A stretch of 64,000 nucleotides of DNA from Candidatus Shapirobacteria bacterium (GTDB lineage: Bacteria > Patescibacteriota > Microgenomatia > UBA12405): the NCBI GenBank assembly GCA_041649835.1, contig JBAZML010000002.1, positions 3,318 to 67,317 on the forward strand, given 5' to 3'. Below the pieces are notes generated by a model that ran no database searches, had not been told where the DNA came from, and worked only from the letters and a program-made list of their open reading frames with translations. Made by a program: the position numbers and the translations under genes. Numbering within the stretch: the stretch's first letter is position 1; each line of letters opens with the position of its first letter. This document shows positions 17,204-26,322 of the stretch, in pieces.

Positions 17204-17691
17204 TTTCTTTTAATCCCCTTCATTTGATTAGTCCTAAAGTGTGCAGCAACTCTTCTCTGCGTTAACATGTTAAAGTCTTTGAAATAACTCCTAACAACCT
17301 CTTCTTGAGCTTTATCTGGAGGAATATATTCAAGCCCACGAATATAGTAGACAGGCGAATAAAAATACCTCCGAATCACTTCTTTCATATAGGGGTATTG
17401 AGTTTTTACTCTGTCCCAAGTTAACTTAACATTCCCCTTATTTCTAAGCATTTCCGCCATCCAGGTTTCTACAAACTTTGCTCTAGTTCCGCGCGGCAGA
17501 TAATTCAAATTTATAGCTTGGTGGAATCTCCATTGTCTTCCTGTTGTCGGATGTCTCCCAGATAAACTGTTTAAATACAAAATAACGGGAGAAGGATCAT
17601 GTTCGAAAGCTTGATATGAAAATTTATACAAATTCCCAGATTGAAGTGTTACTCCTCCCTGCTTAAAGTTGTAGTGTACTTTTAAGGCCAC
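17200..17691 (-). CDS. gp2: DNA end protector protein (T4 gp2-like)
   Basis: GxLYxFxY, DxxP, INLNYLP and IRRY motifs. Confidence 0.7.
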   Translation of the reverse strand: MALKVHYNFKQGGVTLQSGNLYKFSYQAFEHDPSPVILYLNSLSGRHPTTGRQWRFHQAINLNYLPRGTRAKFVETWMAEMLRNKGNVKLTWDRVKTQYPYMKEVIRRYFYSPVYYIRGLEYIPPDKAQEEVVRSYFKDFNMLTQRRVAAHFRTNQMKGIKRK

Positions 17692-17694
17692 CTT

Positions 17695-18150
17695 CTACCT
17701 CAATAATAAATCTATTCTATTAACAATATTCTTATCATCCCAGAGCTTTTTTCTTAATAAAACCCCAGCAGCTATTCCAGCCAGCCCTATTCCTATTTTT
17801 GTAGCTTTTGATACTTGGCCGCTTGAAGCTTCTCCAGTTTCTGCCCATTTAGCAAAGCTTTCACAGTTATTAAAAATTATGTTATATTCCGTTTTTTCTT
17901 TTAGTCTTGTGTATACCCTAGATAAGATCATAAACACAGAATCTCTATTTGGAGAATTTTCTACGACTTTCTTTCCACCGCGAAGAAATTCTTCCATTGT
18001 GGATTTTATAACTATTCCGTTCTTCTTAGTTAATACATGGGCATCTCCATAGTGAACAACTTTTTCTCCACGCACTTCTATTCCATGATGCCAATATATC
18101 GGTATCTTGGCTACTTTTCGTAAGACTTTAATATGATCGCCCACAGCCAT
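17695..18150 (-). CDS. LRAT/NC-domain (permuted NlpC/P60) acyltransferase/phospholipase-like protein
   Basis: GDHI, HHGI, VVHY, YNIIFNNCESFA with catalytic NC, C-terminal hydrophobic helix. Confidence 0.85.
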   Translation of the reverse strand: MAVGDHIKVLRKVAKIPIYWHHGIEVRGEKVVHYGDAHVLTKKNGIVIKSTMEEFLRGGKKVVENSPNRDSVFMILSRVYTRLKEKTEYNIIFNNCESFAKWAETGEASSGQVSKATKIGIGLAGIAAGVLLRKKLWDDKNIVNRIDLLLR

Positions 18151-18159
18151 TTAAAATCC

Positions 18160-18555
18160 TTACTTTAATTTAGTATAGTCTATCGCAGATAGTTCATTTT
18201 CTACTGCGTCTTCATAGTCAGGCATATCAAACAGCTCTTTTTTGATCCCGGCATGCTTATGTTGTTGCTTTAAATACATAAGAAAAGCATTTCTACATAT
18301 TGTAGTTATATACGCAAAAGCATTTGTTGTTTTTTCTGTATTAAAATTATACAAATATTTGCAACAGGTTAACAAAGCCTCGGCAACCATATCTTCTCTA
18401 TATGTGTAACCTGCAAATCTTCCACTACATCCTAAATTTGTCGCAATATCAAAAATCATAGAACCCAAATTCTCTGACATCTTTCCGCTTTCTTTATAAA
18501 GTTTTAATTCTTCTAATAGATCCTTATTTTTCACATAAAATTTAGCATTTGCCAT
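18160..18555 (-). CDS. gp55: late transcription sigma factor (T4 gp55-like)
   Basis: YVKNKDLL, FAGYTYREDM, NAFAYITTICRNAF. Confidence 0.92.
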   Translation of the reverse strand: MANAKFYVKNKDLLEELKLYKESGKMSENLGSMIFDIATNLGCSGRFAGYTYREDMVAEALLTCCKYLYNFNTEKTTNAFAYITTICRNAFLMYLKQQHKHAGIKKELFDMPDYEDAVENELSAIDYTKLK

Positions 18556-18565
18556 TGTTCACCTT

Positions 18566-20254
18566 TTAGAAGTTTGTTGTGCTTACCCTACGCCATTTAT
18601 TGGTATCAAAACAAAGATAGACATAGGACCCATCCCAGCATATTTGTCCAGCATATCCTGCTGCGGCTGAAGTTGCTGGAGTTTTAGAAGTTCTGATTCT
18701 TATACTATCATCAATAACATCCAATGGAGCGGTAGGAGTAGTATTTTGTCCCAACACTAACCATCCATCTCCCCTTAATTTAGCTGCTGATGCTTCTAAT
18801 GTGTTAGTATAAGTAGTTGTCCACTTATAATCACCCGTTCCTAAAGAATACGTAGTAGCAAATTTAGGTCTTAAAGAAAGGTCGAATATACCAGAAGTAG
18901 AAAGGCTGCTTACTTGAAAGTCTCCTAAAGAAGTGGTTTCGAGGTCTGAATATATCCCAGTGCTGTATAATAACCTTAATTGTGGCCCAGCTGCATCTAC
19001 AATTTCGAATTTTCTTGTACCAGCAGAATTTCCTACAACAACTCTATTATTTGTTGAATCTATAAATAAGGTATTAGTATCAAAATTTAAACTATTAGGA
19101 ATACTTACAGTTCCAGCATTTATCGTTACACTATCGCCGATAACATCTCCGAGAATAGTATTTCCAGATACAGTTAGAGTTCCAGTTTTAACACTAGTAT
19201 CTGCGTAAAAAGTTCCTGTAGAAATATTTGTAGCTTCAAGATTTACTGTAAATATTGATGTACTAGATCTTAATATACTAAAATACCCAGCTGCCCCTAC
19301 TGTTTGTCCTATAATTATGTTGTCAATATACCCGCCATCTAAATTTACATTTATAGAATTTAAATTTGTTATGGTGCCATTAGTTACGGTTCCTAAATTT
19401 GTTATATTAGCCGTAGTAATGTTAGCTGTGGTGATGTTAGCTGTAGTTAAAGTAGCTAACGTAGAGGCTAGAGTCGCTATAGTTCCAGTTGTTATATTAG
19501 CTGTAGTTAAAGTAGCTAACGTAGAGGCTAGAGTCGCTATAGTTCCGGTTGTAGCTATTAAAGTAGTAAAAGTTCCTGCAGCTGGAACCGCTCCACCTAT
19601 AATGGTTCCATCTATAGCACCACCATTAATGTCAACCAGAGGAATCTGAACGGCCCCGGTTGAATTAAGAATGGTTAAACCATTAACACTGTTGTAATTA
19701 GATATGTTTAGATCTGTTGCACTTCTTCCACGAATAAAGGCTGCTAATATTGAGTATGTTGGACCAATGTCCCAATTTCCTGTTAATAATCTGCTACCAT
19801 TGGTTTTTAGATATTGAGTATGTTCATCTACAGACACATCGGTTTTGTGATCTTGCCACCCCTTTGCTAGAGCGTTATTTACAACCTTACTATAATATTC
19901 ACTAGTAGAATTAGTATCTACACTTCTTCTTGTAACATCAAAAAGCTGCAAATTATCAAGATTTCCAGCGGTTATTCCGCTCCCAGACCAGGTTATTTTA
20001 AAGAGTCTTTGATACTCATAACCATACGTTGATCCACCTTCTTCCAAATCAGCAACAAAAAATTCAAAATATCCATTTGCATCAGTAATTATTGGGGTTG
20101 CATATGAGGTTGTAGGAGACCCAGCTTGTGTTATGTATATATTGGCGTATGTAGCTGAACCTCCGGCCAGAGGATACGCATAAACATGTATAATAGCCCC
20201 GGAAACAGGCTCTCCTCGATAGTTTAGCAAATAGTTATAGAACTTCGTTTTCAT
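18566..20254 (-). CDS. tail fibre protein
   Basis: Thr-rich beta repeats, INGGAIDGTIIG motifs, C-terminal GQICWDGSYVYLC..WRR module. Confidence 0.75.
   Translation of the reverse strand: MKTKFYNYLLNYRGEPVSGAIIHVYAYPLAGGSATYANIYITQAGSPTTSYATPIITDANGYFEFFVADLEEGGSTYGYEYQRLFKITWSGSGITAGNLDNLQLFDVTRRSVDTNSTSEYYSKVVNNALAKGWQDHKTDVSVDEHTQYLKTNGSRLLTGNWDIGPTYSILAAFIRGRSATDLNISNYNSVNGLTILNSTGAVQIPLVDINGGAIDGTIIGGAVPAAGTFTTLIATTGTIATLASTLATLTTANITTGTIATLASTLATLTTANITTANITTANITNLGTVTNGTITNLNSINVNLDGGYIDNIIIGQTVGAAGYFSILRSSTSIFTVNLEATNISTGTFYADTSVKTGTLTVSGNTILGDVIGDSVTINAGTVSIPNSLNFDTNTLFIDSTNNRVVVGNSAGTRKFEIVDAAGPQLRLLYSTGIYSDLETTSLGDFQVSSLSTSGIFDLSLRPKFATTYSLGTGDYKWTTTYTNTLEASAAKLRGDGWLVLGQNTTPTAPLDVIDDSIRIRTSKTPATSAAAGYAGQICWDGSYVYLCFDTNKWRRVSTTNF
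19437..19556 (-). repeat. 60-bp tandem repeat in tail fibre
   Basis: TTGTIATLASTLATLTTANI x2, near-identical DNA. Confidence 0.85.
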
Positions 20255-20269
20255 AGGTGTACCTGCAGT

Positions 20270-20277
20270 TATTTATA
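20270..20277 (-). promoter_or_regulatory. late promoter TATAAATA
   Basis: Exact T4 late consensus 16 nt upstream of the tail fibre start. Confidence 0.65.
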
Positions 20278-23200
20278 AATTTTTATTGATTCTATAGAAG
20301 CTCGTTATATCGAAATTGGATACTTTATATAGTTCACTTTTGATATACGTATAGAACATAAGTTCATCATCCTCATTAAAAAGCCCCATTTCGGTTATAG
20401 TAGTTTCCTCTTTATTACCATTGAAAAACCCCTTAATATAATATTTATTAGAGTCTTCAGTAATTATTAAATCGTAAATATACGAACTTATTAAGGTATT
20501 TTTCAGAGCATTATTTCCTATAGCATCATAGTTTTCAGTTGAAGCCCCGTTTCCGATCTCGATATATCCGTTTGACAAAGATTCTATTACATATTCTTTA
20601 GTATATAGTCCACCTAGACATGTTACAAAAGCGTATCCTGACTTTTGCTCTTCAAGAGTAATAGTAATCTGTTTTTTATCTCGAAACAAAGTTATTGTTT
20701 TTGGGAATATTTGTTTTAGTTCGTCATCATAAAGTTGAACTAGTACTCCCTTATGATCCAGGGTATGAGTTATAATCCATTCTGTAGAAGCAACAGATTG
20801 TACATATAGATAGTCACTATTTCTAATTTGGCAATATCCTAAAGTTGGTACATACCACGTAGAAGTCATTTGATCCACTTCTGTTATGCTAACATTAGAT
20901 GGCAACATTTGTTCTTTGTCTAAATAGAAGTAATAATCTGAGAGAACTGCACTAGTTTCTTGAGAATGAGTAAATCCCCAAGAAGCAGAAGCTTCATATG
21001 TATTTGTTAAGGTTTCTTTGGCGGCTCCTATTAGACAAAGACCAGAAAATGGAGAATCAAATTCTATAGAAACATTATTAGTATCTATTATTTTTACAGA
21101 AAGAGGAAATACCATTTCATAGGTATTATCATAACATTGTACTAAAACATTCTCTGTATTTAGACCATGAAATATGCTCCATTTAGAAGTTGGAACATAT
21201 TTTCTGTAAATGAACCCGGCAGAAGTAGACTCAGTATCTACACAACAATATGTATAGAAGTCGGCAACATTTCCGTATATATCATCATATGTTTTAATAG
21301 TTTCTTCACTAAAATCTGTTATTGGAGAAAGCAATAAAGAGTAATGAGAGTATTTGGAAGCCGGTCTAGAGACTTCAAGCTGATCATAAAGCATTAAAGC
21401 GTAATCTCTATTAAGAATATCTCTATCACATAAAGGCTCACAATTAAGGTCTATTTCAGCCTTATAATGCGGACTCATTAATAGACCGTCAGCATATGTT
21501 AATTGTCCTACTTCTCTTAGAATGGCCATGCCTGAAGCAGAGCTGGCAAAAGACGCTGTGACATTGTCTTTATCCACAGCTTGAAAATTCTCTGGGCTTC
21601 CTTGAAATAAAGTAGTACACACAGAATCAGCTATTCCGCAGGCAACATACCCAATGGCCGAAGTAGGAAATGTAACAACGATATTATTCTCGTCTACTAT
21701 TTCGACCTCAGGTGTATTATCTTTTACTGTAGGAATGAAACTTTGCTCTGCTACATAGATGATAACATCACCAGAAGTAGGGGTATTAAATAATATATTT
21801 GTCCAATTTTTATTATACAAATGTAATTCATCTGGAATAATCTCTATTCCACCACTATAAACTCTAACAACAATCTCATAATTGTCTAAATAGTGTTCTA
21901 CCCACCAACAAGCACTTGGAATCGTTTGAGTATATGTAAATACTGATTGATCATGATCTATTTGATATGTATTAATAAATATTTGTTCTGCTGCGGATAA
22001 AGAAACTGAAATAGTATCTGTTGACGCGCTAGCTGAAATAGTATTAAGCAGTCTTCTATTTAAATCATATACTTGAATAAAAAGGTTAGAAGAAGAGTAC
22101 TCGTTCATTAATTGAAATACAGTATTGTCTATTCCAGAATAAATGTTTGTAATAATATTCAAAGAATTAAGGTTGTGATTTATGTTCCAAATATTTGAAC
22201 GATATAAGAAGGCTTCAACATAATCTGGAATAGCCACTTCTAAATACCCAGCAAATGGATATGTAGAACTTAAGGCTAAGGTATTAGTATATATTGGTCT
22301 AATGTCTAGATCATTTACCGCGTTATAGTCGGTATCATATGCTTGAAGTAATTGGACGTCTCCACCACTAACAGTATAAGTGGACATCCAACCAGAGGAT
22401 AAAGGCAAAGTTAATGTTTCATCGGCTTCTAATAGAAAAATTCTGCCATTTTCTTCGCTAGCAAAGTTTACTTTCACAACATCATTTGTTATATTATATA
22501 AAGAAGAACAATTTGTTGTGGCTTCGCCCTCAGAATAAATTTGATATACTAAATTTTTGGAATTTAAAGTATGGGTTATGGTCCATGCAGACGTAGCCAT
22601 ACTTAAATAGAAGTCAGCCATTAATGCTTTTGAATCTAAATTATGTTCTATTTCCCATTCCATTTTGTCTATGGCTTGAATATGGAAATAGTCACCTGAT
22701 AGAGCAACAACTTGGGTACCATTATTGCTACTTATATTAGCAACTAAAATATCATTCATACCACTAGGCATTACTGTTTCAAATGTACAGATACCAGAAA
22801 TAGGAAGAGTAGTGGTATTATATGTAAAAGTTGTTGGGTAATATCCTTCTACTAATGGAGCAATTTGATTTAAATTATGAGAATGAAGTTCACTTATAGA
22901 TAGCAAAGGATTCATATACTGAGGCTTAGTTATGAGAGCAAATCCTGTAACCAGTTCATGAAATGTTAATAAAAGAGAACTAGAGTCTATACATGCAACT
23001 TCAGACGGACTAACAAGATTCATATAAGAATCAAAACATTGAATAACCGGAATCCTATCATCAAGGGAATGCGCAATATACCACCTATCAGAAGCATAAT
23101 TCTGTTTATGAATATAACAATTATCTAACGGAACATTAAACCCTTTACCAGAGGCCAGGGTATAATATTCTGCCCCTGTACAACCAACAGATAATGCATC

Positions 23201-24172
23201 ATAGTAGCTAAGATAATTGAAATCTATGAAATACGGTTCTAAATCATAGTCATGAGATAAATCAAAAACACTATCTGGATGCCATCTTTCATATACATTT
23301 AAATTATTTTCTGTGGCCCAAAATAGAGTTTTAAATGTTATGTATAGAGATGAATAGGTCCCCTTTCTTTTTAGGTAATTAATTATATTAGCTACAAGTT
23401 CTTTTAGTCTTCTTTCTCTAGCTCTAGTTTCTTCAGAAACTTTATCAATGAATAATGACTCAAAATAGGATTTATTTATTTGATAATTATAAATTTCTGC
23501 TAAATATGGAAGATAATCGAGAGGTATTTCTTTAGCATCTATCAAAGTTTTTATAGTTTTTGCTCTACTATAAAAAGCATTATATACCTGATCAAAAGTA
23601 ATTTTAAAGAATTCTTTTAATTTTGTAGTTTGATTATGTTCTGGAATACATGTTAAAGCATATCTATCATATCCCCAGTAGTCTATTCTATATTGATTAA
23701 CTTCTTTTTGGGGGTATATTTTACCGATATATTGGTGAATTTTATAAGGATTTATAAAATAAGTCATATCAATAGTATTGGTAAAACTGCTTCCATTTTC
23801 TACAAGGTTATCAACATATTCCTGTACTACCCCGCCCTTTCTTCTTAATAAGTAAAAATCTGTTTCGGCCGGAATATCTAAAGCACTGGTTGCCGAAGTT
23901 TCCATAGAACTCATTCTTTCTAAATAGAAGAAATTGTTATTATAATAGTCTTCTTCAGAGACTCCATAAGGTTTAAACGGTATTTCTATTTTTTGAACAA
24001 CCCCATCTAAATCTTCTATTTTAACAATACCGTAGAAATAACTCCAATTCTCTTCTATTACAGTTGTCATTGGTCCTACAAGAACTGATCCTGTATCAGA
24101 TAAAGCAACAGTACAAAATTTTGCTAAAAAGTCAGCTAGAATAAATTTTGGAAACTCTGAAAATTTAGGCAT
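20273..24172 (-). CDS. large baseplate wedge protein (gp7/tail protein I-like) with repeated HNL beta modules
   Basis: YLPYLA...KRKGT wedge motif, many WxIxHxL...VQxYD...P repeats, C-terminal ITEMGLF. Follows gp6. Confidence 0.7.
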   Translation of the reverse strand: MPKFSEFPKFILADFLAKFCTVALSDTGSVLVGPMTTVIEENWSYFYGIVKIEDLDGVVQKIEIPFKPYGVSEEDYYNNNFFYLERMSSMETSATSALDIPAETDFYLLRRKGGVVQEYVDNLVENGSSFTNTIDMTYFINPYKIHQYIGKIYPQKEVNQYRIDYWGYDRYALTCIPEHNQTTKLKEFFKITFDQVYNAFYSRAKTIKTLIDAKEIPLDYLPYLAEIYNYQINKSYFESLFIDKVSEETRARERRLKELVANIINYLKRKGTYSSLYITFKTLFWATENNLNVYERWHPDSVFDLSHDYDLEPYFIDFNYLSYYDALSVGCTGAEYYTLASGKGFNVPLDNCYIHKQNYASDRWYIAHSLDDRIPVIQCFDSYMNLVSPSEVACIDSSSLLLTFHELVTGFALITKPQYMNPLLSISELHSHNLNQIAPLVEGYYPTTFTYNTTTLPISGICTFETVMPSGMNDILVANISSNNGTQVVALSGDYFHIQAIDKMEWEIEHNLDSKALMADFYLSMATSAWTITHTLNSKNLVYQIYSEGEATTNCSSLYNITNDVVKVNFASEENGRIFLLEADETLTLPLSSGWMSTYTVSGGDVQLLQAYDTDYNAVNDLDIRPIYTNTLALSSTYPFAGYLEVAIPDYVEAFLYRSNIWNINHNLNSLNIITNIYSGIDNTVFQLMNEYSSSNLFIQVYDLNRRLLNTISASASTDTISVSLSAAEQIFINTYQIDHDQSVFTYTQTIPSACWWVEHYLDNYEIVVRVYSGGIEIIPDELHLYNKNWTNILFNTPTSGDVIIYVAEQSFIPTVKDNTPEVEIVDENNIVVTFPTSAIGYVACGIADSVCTTLFQGSPENFQAVDKDNVTASFASSASGMAILREVGQLTYADGLLMSPHYKAEIDLNCEPLCDRDILNRDYALMLYDQLEVSRPASKYSHYSLLLSPITDFSEETIKTYDDIYGNVADFYTYCCVDTESTSAGFIYRKYVPTSKWSIFHGLNTENVLVQCYDNTYEMVFPLSVKIIDTNNVSIEFDSPFSGLCLIGAAKETLTNTYEASASWGFTHSQETSAVLSDYYFYLDKEQMLPSNVSITEVDQMTSTWYVPTLGYCQIRNSDYLYVQSVASTEWIITHTLDHKGVLVQLYDDELKQIFPKTITLFRDKKQITITLEEQKSGYAFVTCLGGLYTKEYVIESLSNGYIEIGNGASTENYDAIGNNALKNTLISSYIYDLIITEDSNKYYIKGFFNGNKEETTITEMGLFNEDDELMFYTYIKSELYKVSNFDITSFYRINKNL

Positions 24173-24173
24173 G

Positions 24174-25931
24174 TTAATAAGTTTCCTCTAATATGACACA
24201 ATCTGAAACGCTTAAATATGGAAATTGATTTTGATCTAATTGAATAACTTTAAGTAGATTTTCTTCCCAATGTGCAGTATCGTAATAAATATATTTAGGA
24301 TAGTAACTTGAATCATAATTATACGGATTAATCCAAATCTGTCCTATTTTATCATAAAATGATATTTCTCTAATATTTAGATTTAAAATCCCTGCTACTT
24401 TAGAAAAAGAATTTGTTATCGTCTTTTGATTAAGATCTAGAAGAAAATAAACAATTTCGTTAAAAGAAATTTTCTCATTAAAAGACCGATTTGTGGGTAA
24501 AAAATAATACTCTAATTTATCTTTCAGATCTTTTTGCACTTCAATAAATCTATAGTTACTTCTTATTTTAATAGATAAAGTAAATTTGAAGTACGTAAAA
24601 TCTGGAATAACAAATTCTTCATAGGCGCAAAGCATTTTTCTAGGTTCTAAATATTCAGAAATTAGTGTCATATAGTCAGAGTCGTATGAAGTCGCAATGT
24701 TTATTCCGTCATCATTTGTGTAATATATAAGTTTATCAGTCCATGGTTCTTCTGGAACTATACTAAGATATACTTTATTATAATTTCTTACATCTCCGTT
24801 TGTTATAGGATTTTGTTCTTGTTCTCCCCAAACATTAGCATCTAATATTGTTGAATGTTGAATTAAATATCCTGTATAATCAGATTTAGTTACACATCTA
24901 TATTGAGCATGTGTTATATTCTTTGTATTTTCTTTTATTTGGTCTATTGTTTCAGGACTTGATCCGCCGATAGCACCAGATTCATTATTAATACTAAAAT
25001 CAGCTGTATCTAGGTTATAAACTACTCCAGCTGAAGTCGTCACAGTAATTAGATCATTATTAGCTTGAGTTATCCACCCTGACCCTACATTACCGTCTTC
25101 TCCTAAAGTTTCAAGTAAGGTAACTTCTATAAGATCTGTAGAAATAGGAATATTTCTTGCCTCAGAAAATTCTATAATGTAATTTTCATATTTATCATAT
25201 CTTAAAGTGTAAACATTATCGTCGTCAGCATAAAGTCCGCTAAGATCTTCATAAAAATCGTCTATTCTTGTCCATTCTGTTCCATTTACTTCTAATTTTA
25301 TTGATGGAATACCGTCAAGAGTATCATCGTCGCAGCCAAAGGTTAATGGACTTAGATAAATTTTATTATCTACAAGGTCTCTACCATAATATTGGTAGGA
25401 TTTTACTCTACCTTGAGAAACATTAATTCCACTATACTCATAATACTCAGTAGTTTCATTTAGTGTAAAGTCATCAGGATAAACTAATATTGTTGATTCT
25501 GATGTAGAGAAGTATATGGCTTCAGTACCAGAAATATATGCATCCTCTTCAGTTGGAGGAGAAGTCCAAACGTCTGTCCACGGATATATTCTTATTGTAG
25601 AATTAGGAATCACATTATCAAGAATTGTAAGTTTTAATGTAGTTCTTGCCGAAACATATCCTTTTGGATAATACCCAACTAATTGAGCAAGTCGAGAAAC
25701 GTTTTCGTAAATATCAGCAGAATCTATATAACAGTTTTTAGCTATTTTATTAAGATAGAATGTGTTTAATTCCGCAAGATAAGAAATAAGTTCAACTAAA
25801 ACGGTAATGTTCCCGCCGGAGTAGTTTATATTATTAAATGTAGAACTTAATTCTAATTGTTCTTGGATTTTTGCCTTAATTGTGCTAAAATCCATGTCTA
25901 CAAAATTTGGCATTAGTACGGATGATGTCAT
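24174..25931 (-). CDS. gp6: baseplate wedge subunit (T4 gp6-like)
   Basis: DFSTIK, LAQLVGY, GGSSPETIDQIK, QYRCVTKSDY. Confidence 0.9.
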   Translation of the reverse strand: MTSSVLMPNFVDMDFSTIKAKIQEQLELSSTFNNINYSGGNITVLVELISYLAELNTFYLNKIAKNCYIDSADIYENVSRLAQLVGYYPKGYVSARTTLKLTILDNVIPNSTIRIYPWTDVWTSPPTEEDAYISGTEAIYFSTSESTILVYPDDFTLNETTEYYEYSGINVSQGRVKSYQYYGRDLVDNKIYLSPLTFGCDDDTLDGIPSIKLEVNGTEWTRIDDFYEDLSGLYADDDNVYTLRYDKYENYIIEFSEARNIPISTDLIEVTLLETLGEDGNVGSGWITQANNDLITVTTSAGVVYNLDTADFSINNESGAIGGSSPETIDQIKENTKNITHAQYRCVTKSDYTGYLIQHSTILDANVWGEQEQNPITNGDVRNYNKVYLSIVPEEPWTDKLIYYTNDDGINIATSYDSDYMTLISEYLEPRKMLCAYEEFVIPDFTYFKFTLSIKIRSNYRFIEVQKDLKDKLEYYFLPTNRSFNEKISFNEIVYFLLDLNQKTITNSFSKVAGILNLNIREISFYDKIGQIWINPYNYDSSYYPKYIYYDTAHWEENLLKVIQLDQNQFPYLSVSDCVILEETY

Positions 25932-25935
25932 ATGT

Positions 25936-26322
25936 TTACAACCTTTTCAAAATAAAATTCAAAGTTAGGGTTTCTCCAATGGATCCTATAGATTTGAGAC
26001 TATATAAAACCGTAATATTATAAGTAGCTTGTTCCATGGCCATATGTACATTGACGTTCAATATGTCGATTCTGTCTTCCCAGGTATTTAAGGCATCCAA
26101 AATAGCTTCACCAAGGCGCCTAGCAGTATCTTCAGACATTAATTCATGTAAAAGATATACTACTCCATAAGCAAAGTCTGGAAGCATCCTGCGAGAGCCC
26201 TGCATTGTCTTGGCAATATTCATCATAGAAGCTTTGACCGCTTCTATATCACCGAGGGTCTTTATATCCCCGTCTCTCTGTCTACTGAGCTCTAAATCTA
26301 TGTCTTGGTAAGCGTAAGCCAT
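25936..26322 (-). CDS. gp25: baseplate wedge subunit (gp25-like)
   Basis: YQDIDL, AVKASMMNI, GSRRMLPDF, WEDRI. Confidence 0.9.
   Translation of the reverse strand: MAYAYQDIDLELSRQRDGDIKTLGDIEAVKASMMNIAKTMQGSRRMLPDFAYGVVYLLHELMSEDTARRLGEAILDALNTWEDRIDILNVNVHMAMEQATYNITVLYSLKSIGSIGETLTLNFILKRL

Noticed and set aside
18933-19649. Plus-strand ORFs opposite the tail fibre, and similar antisense ORFs within sheath, tape measure, PrkA, ligase and protease
   Set aside because: Antisense shadows of well-supported genes.
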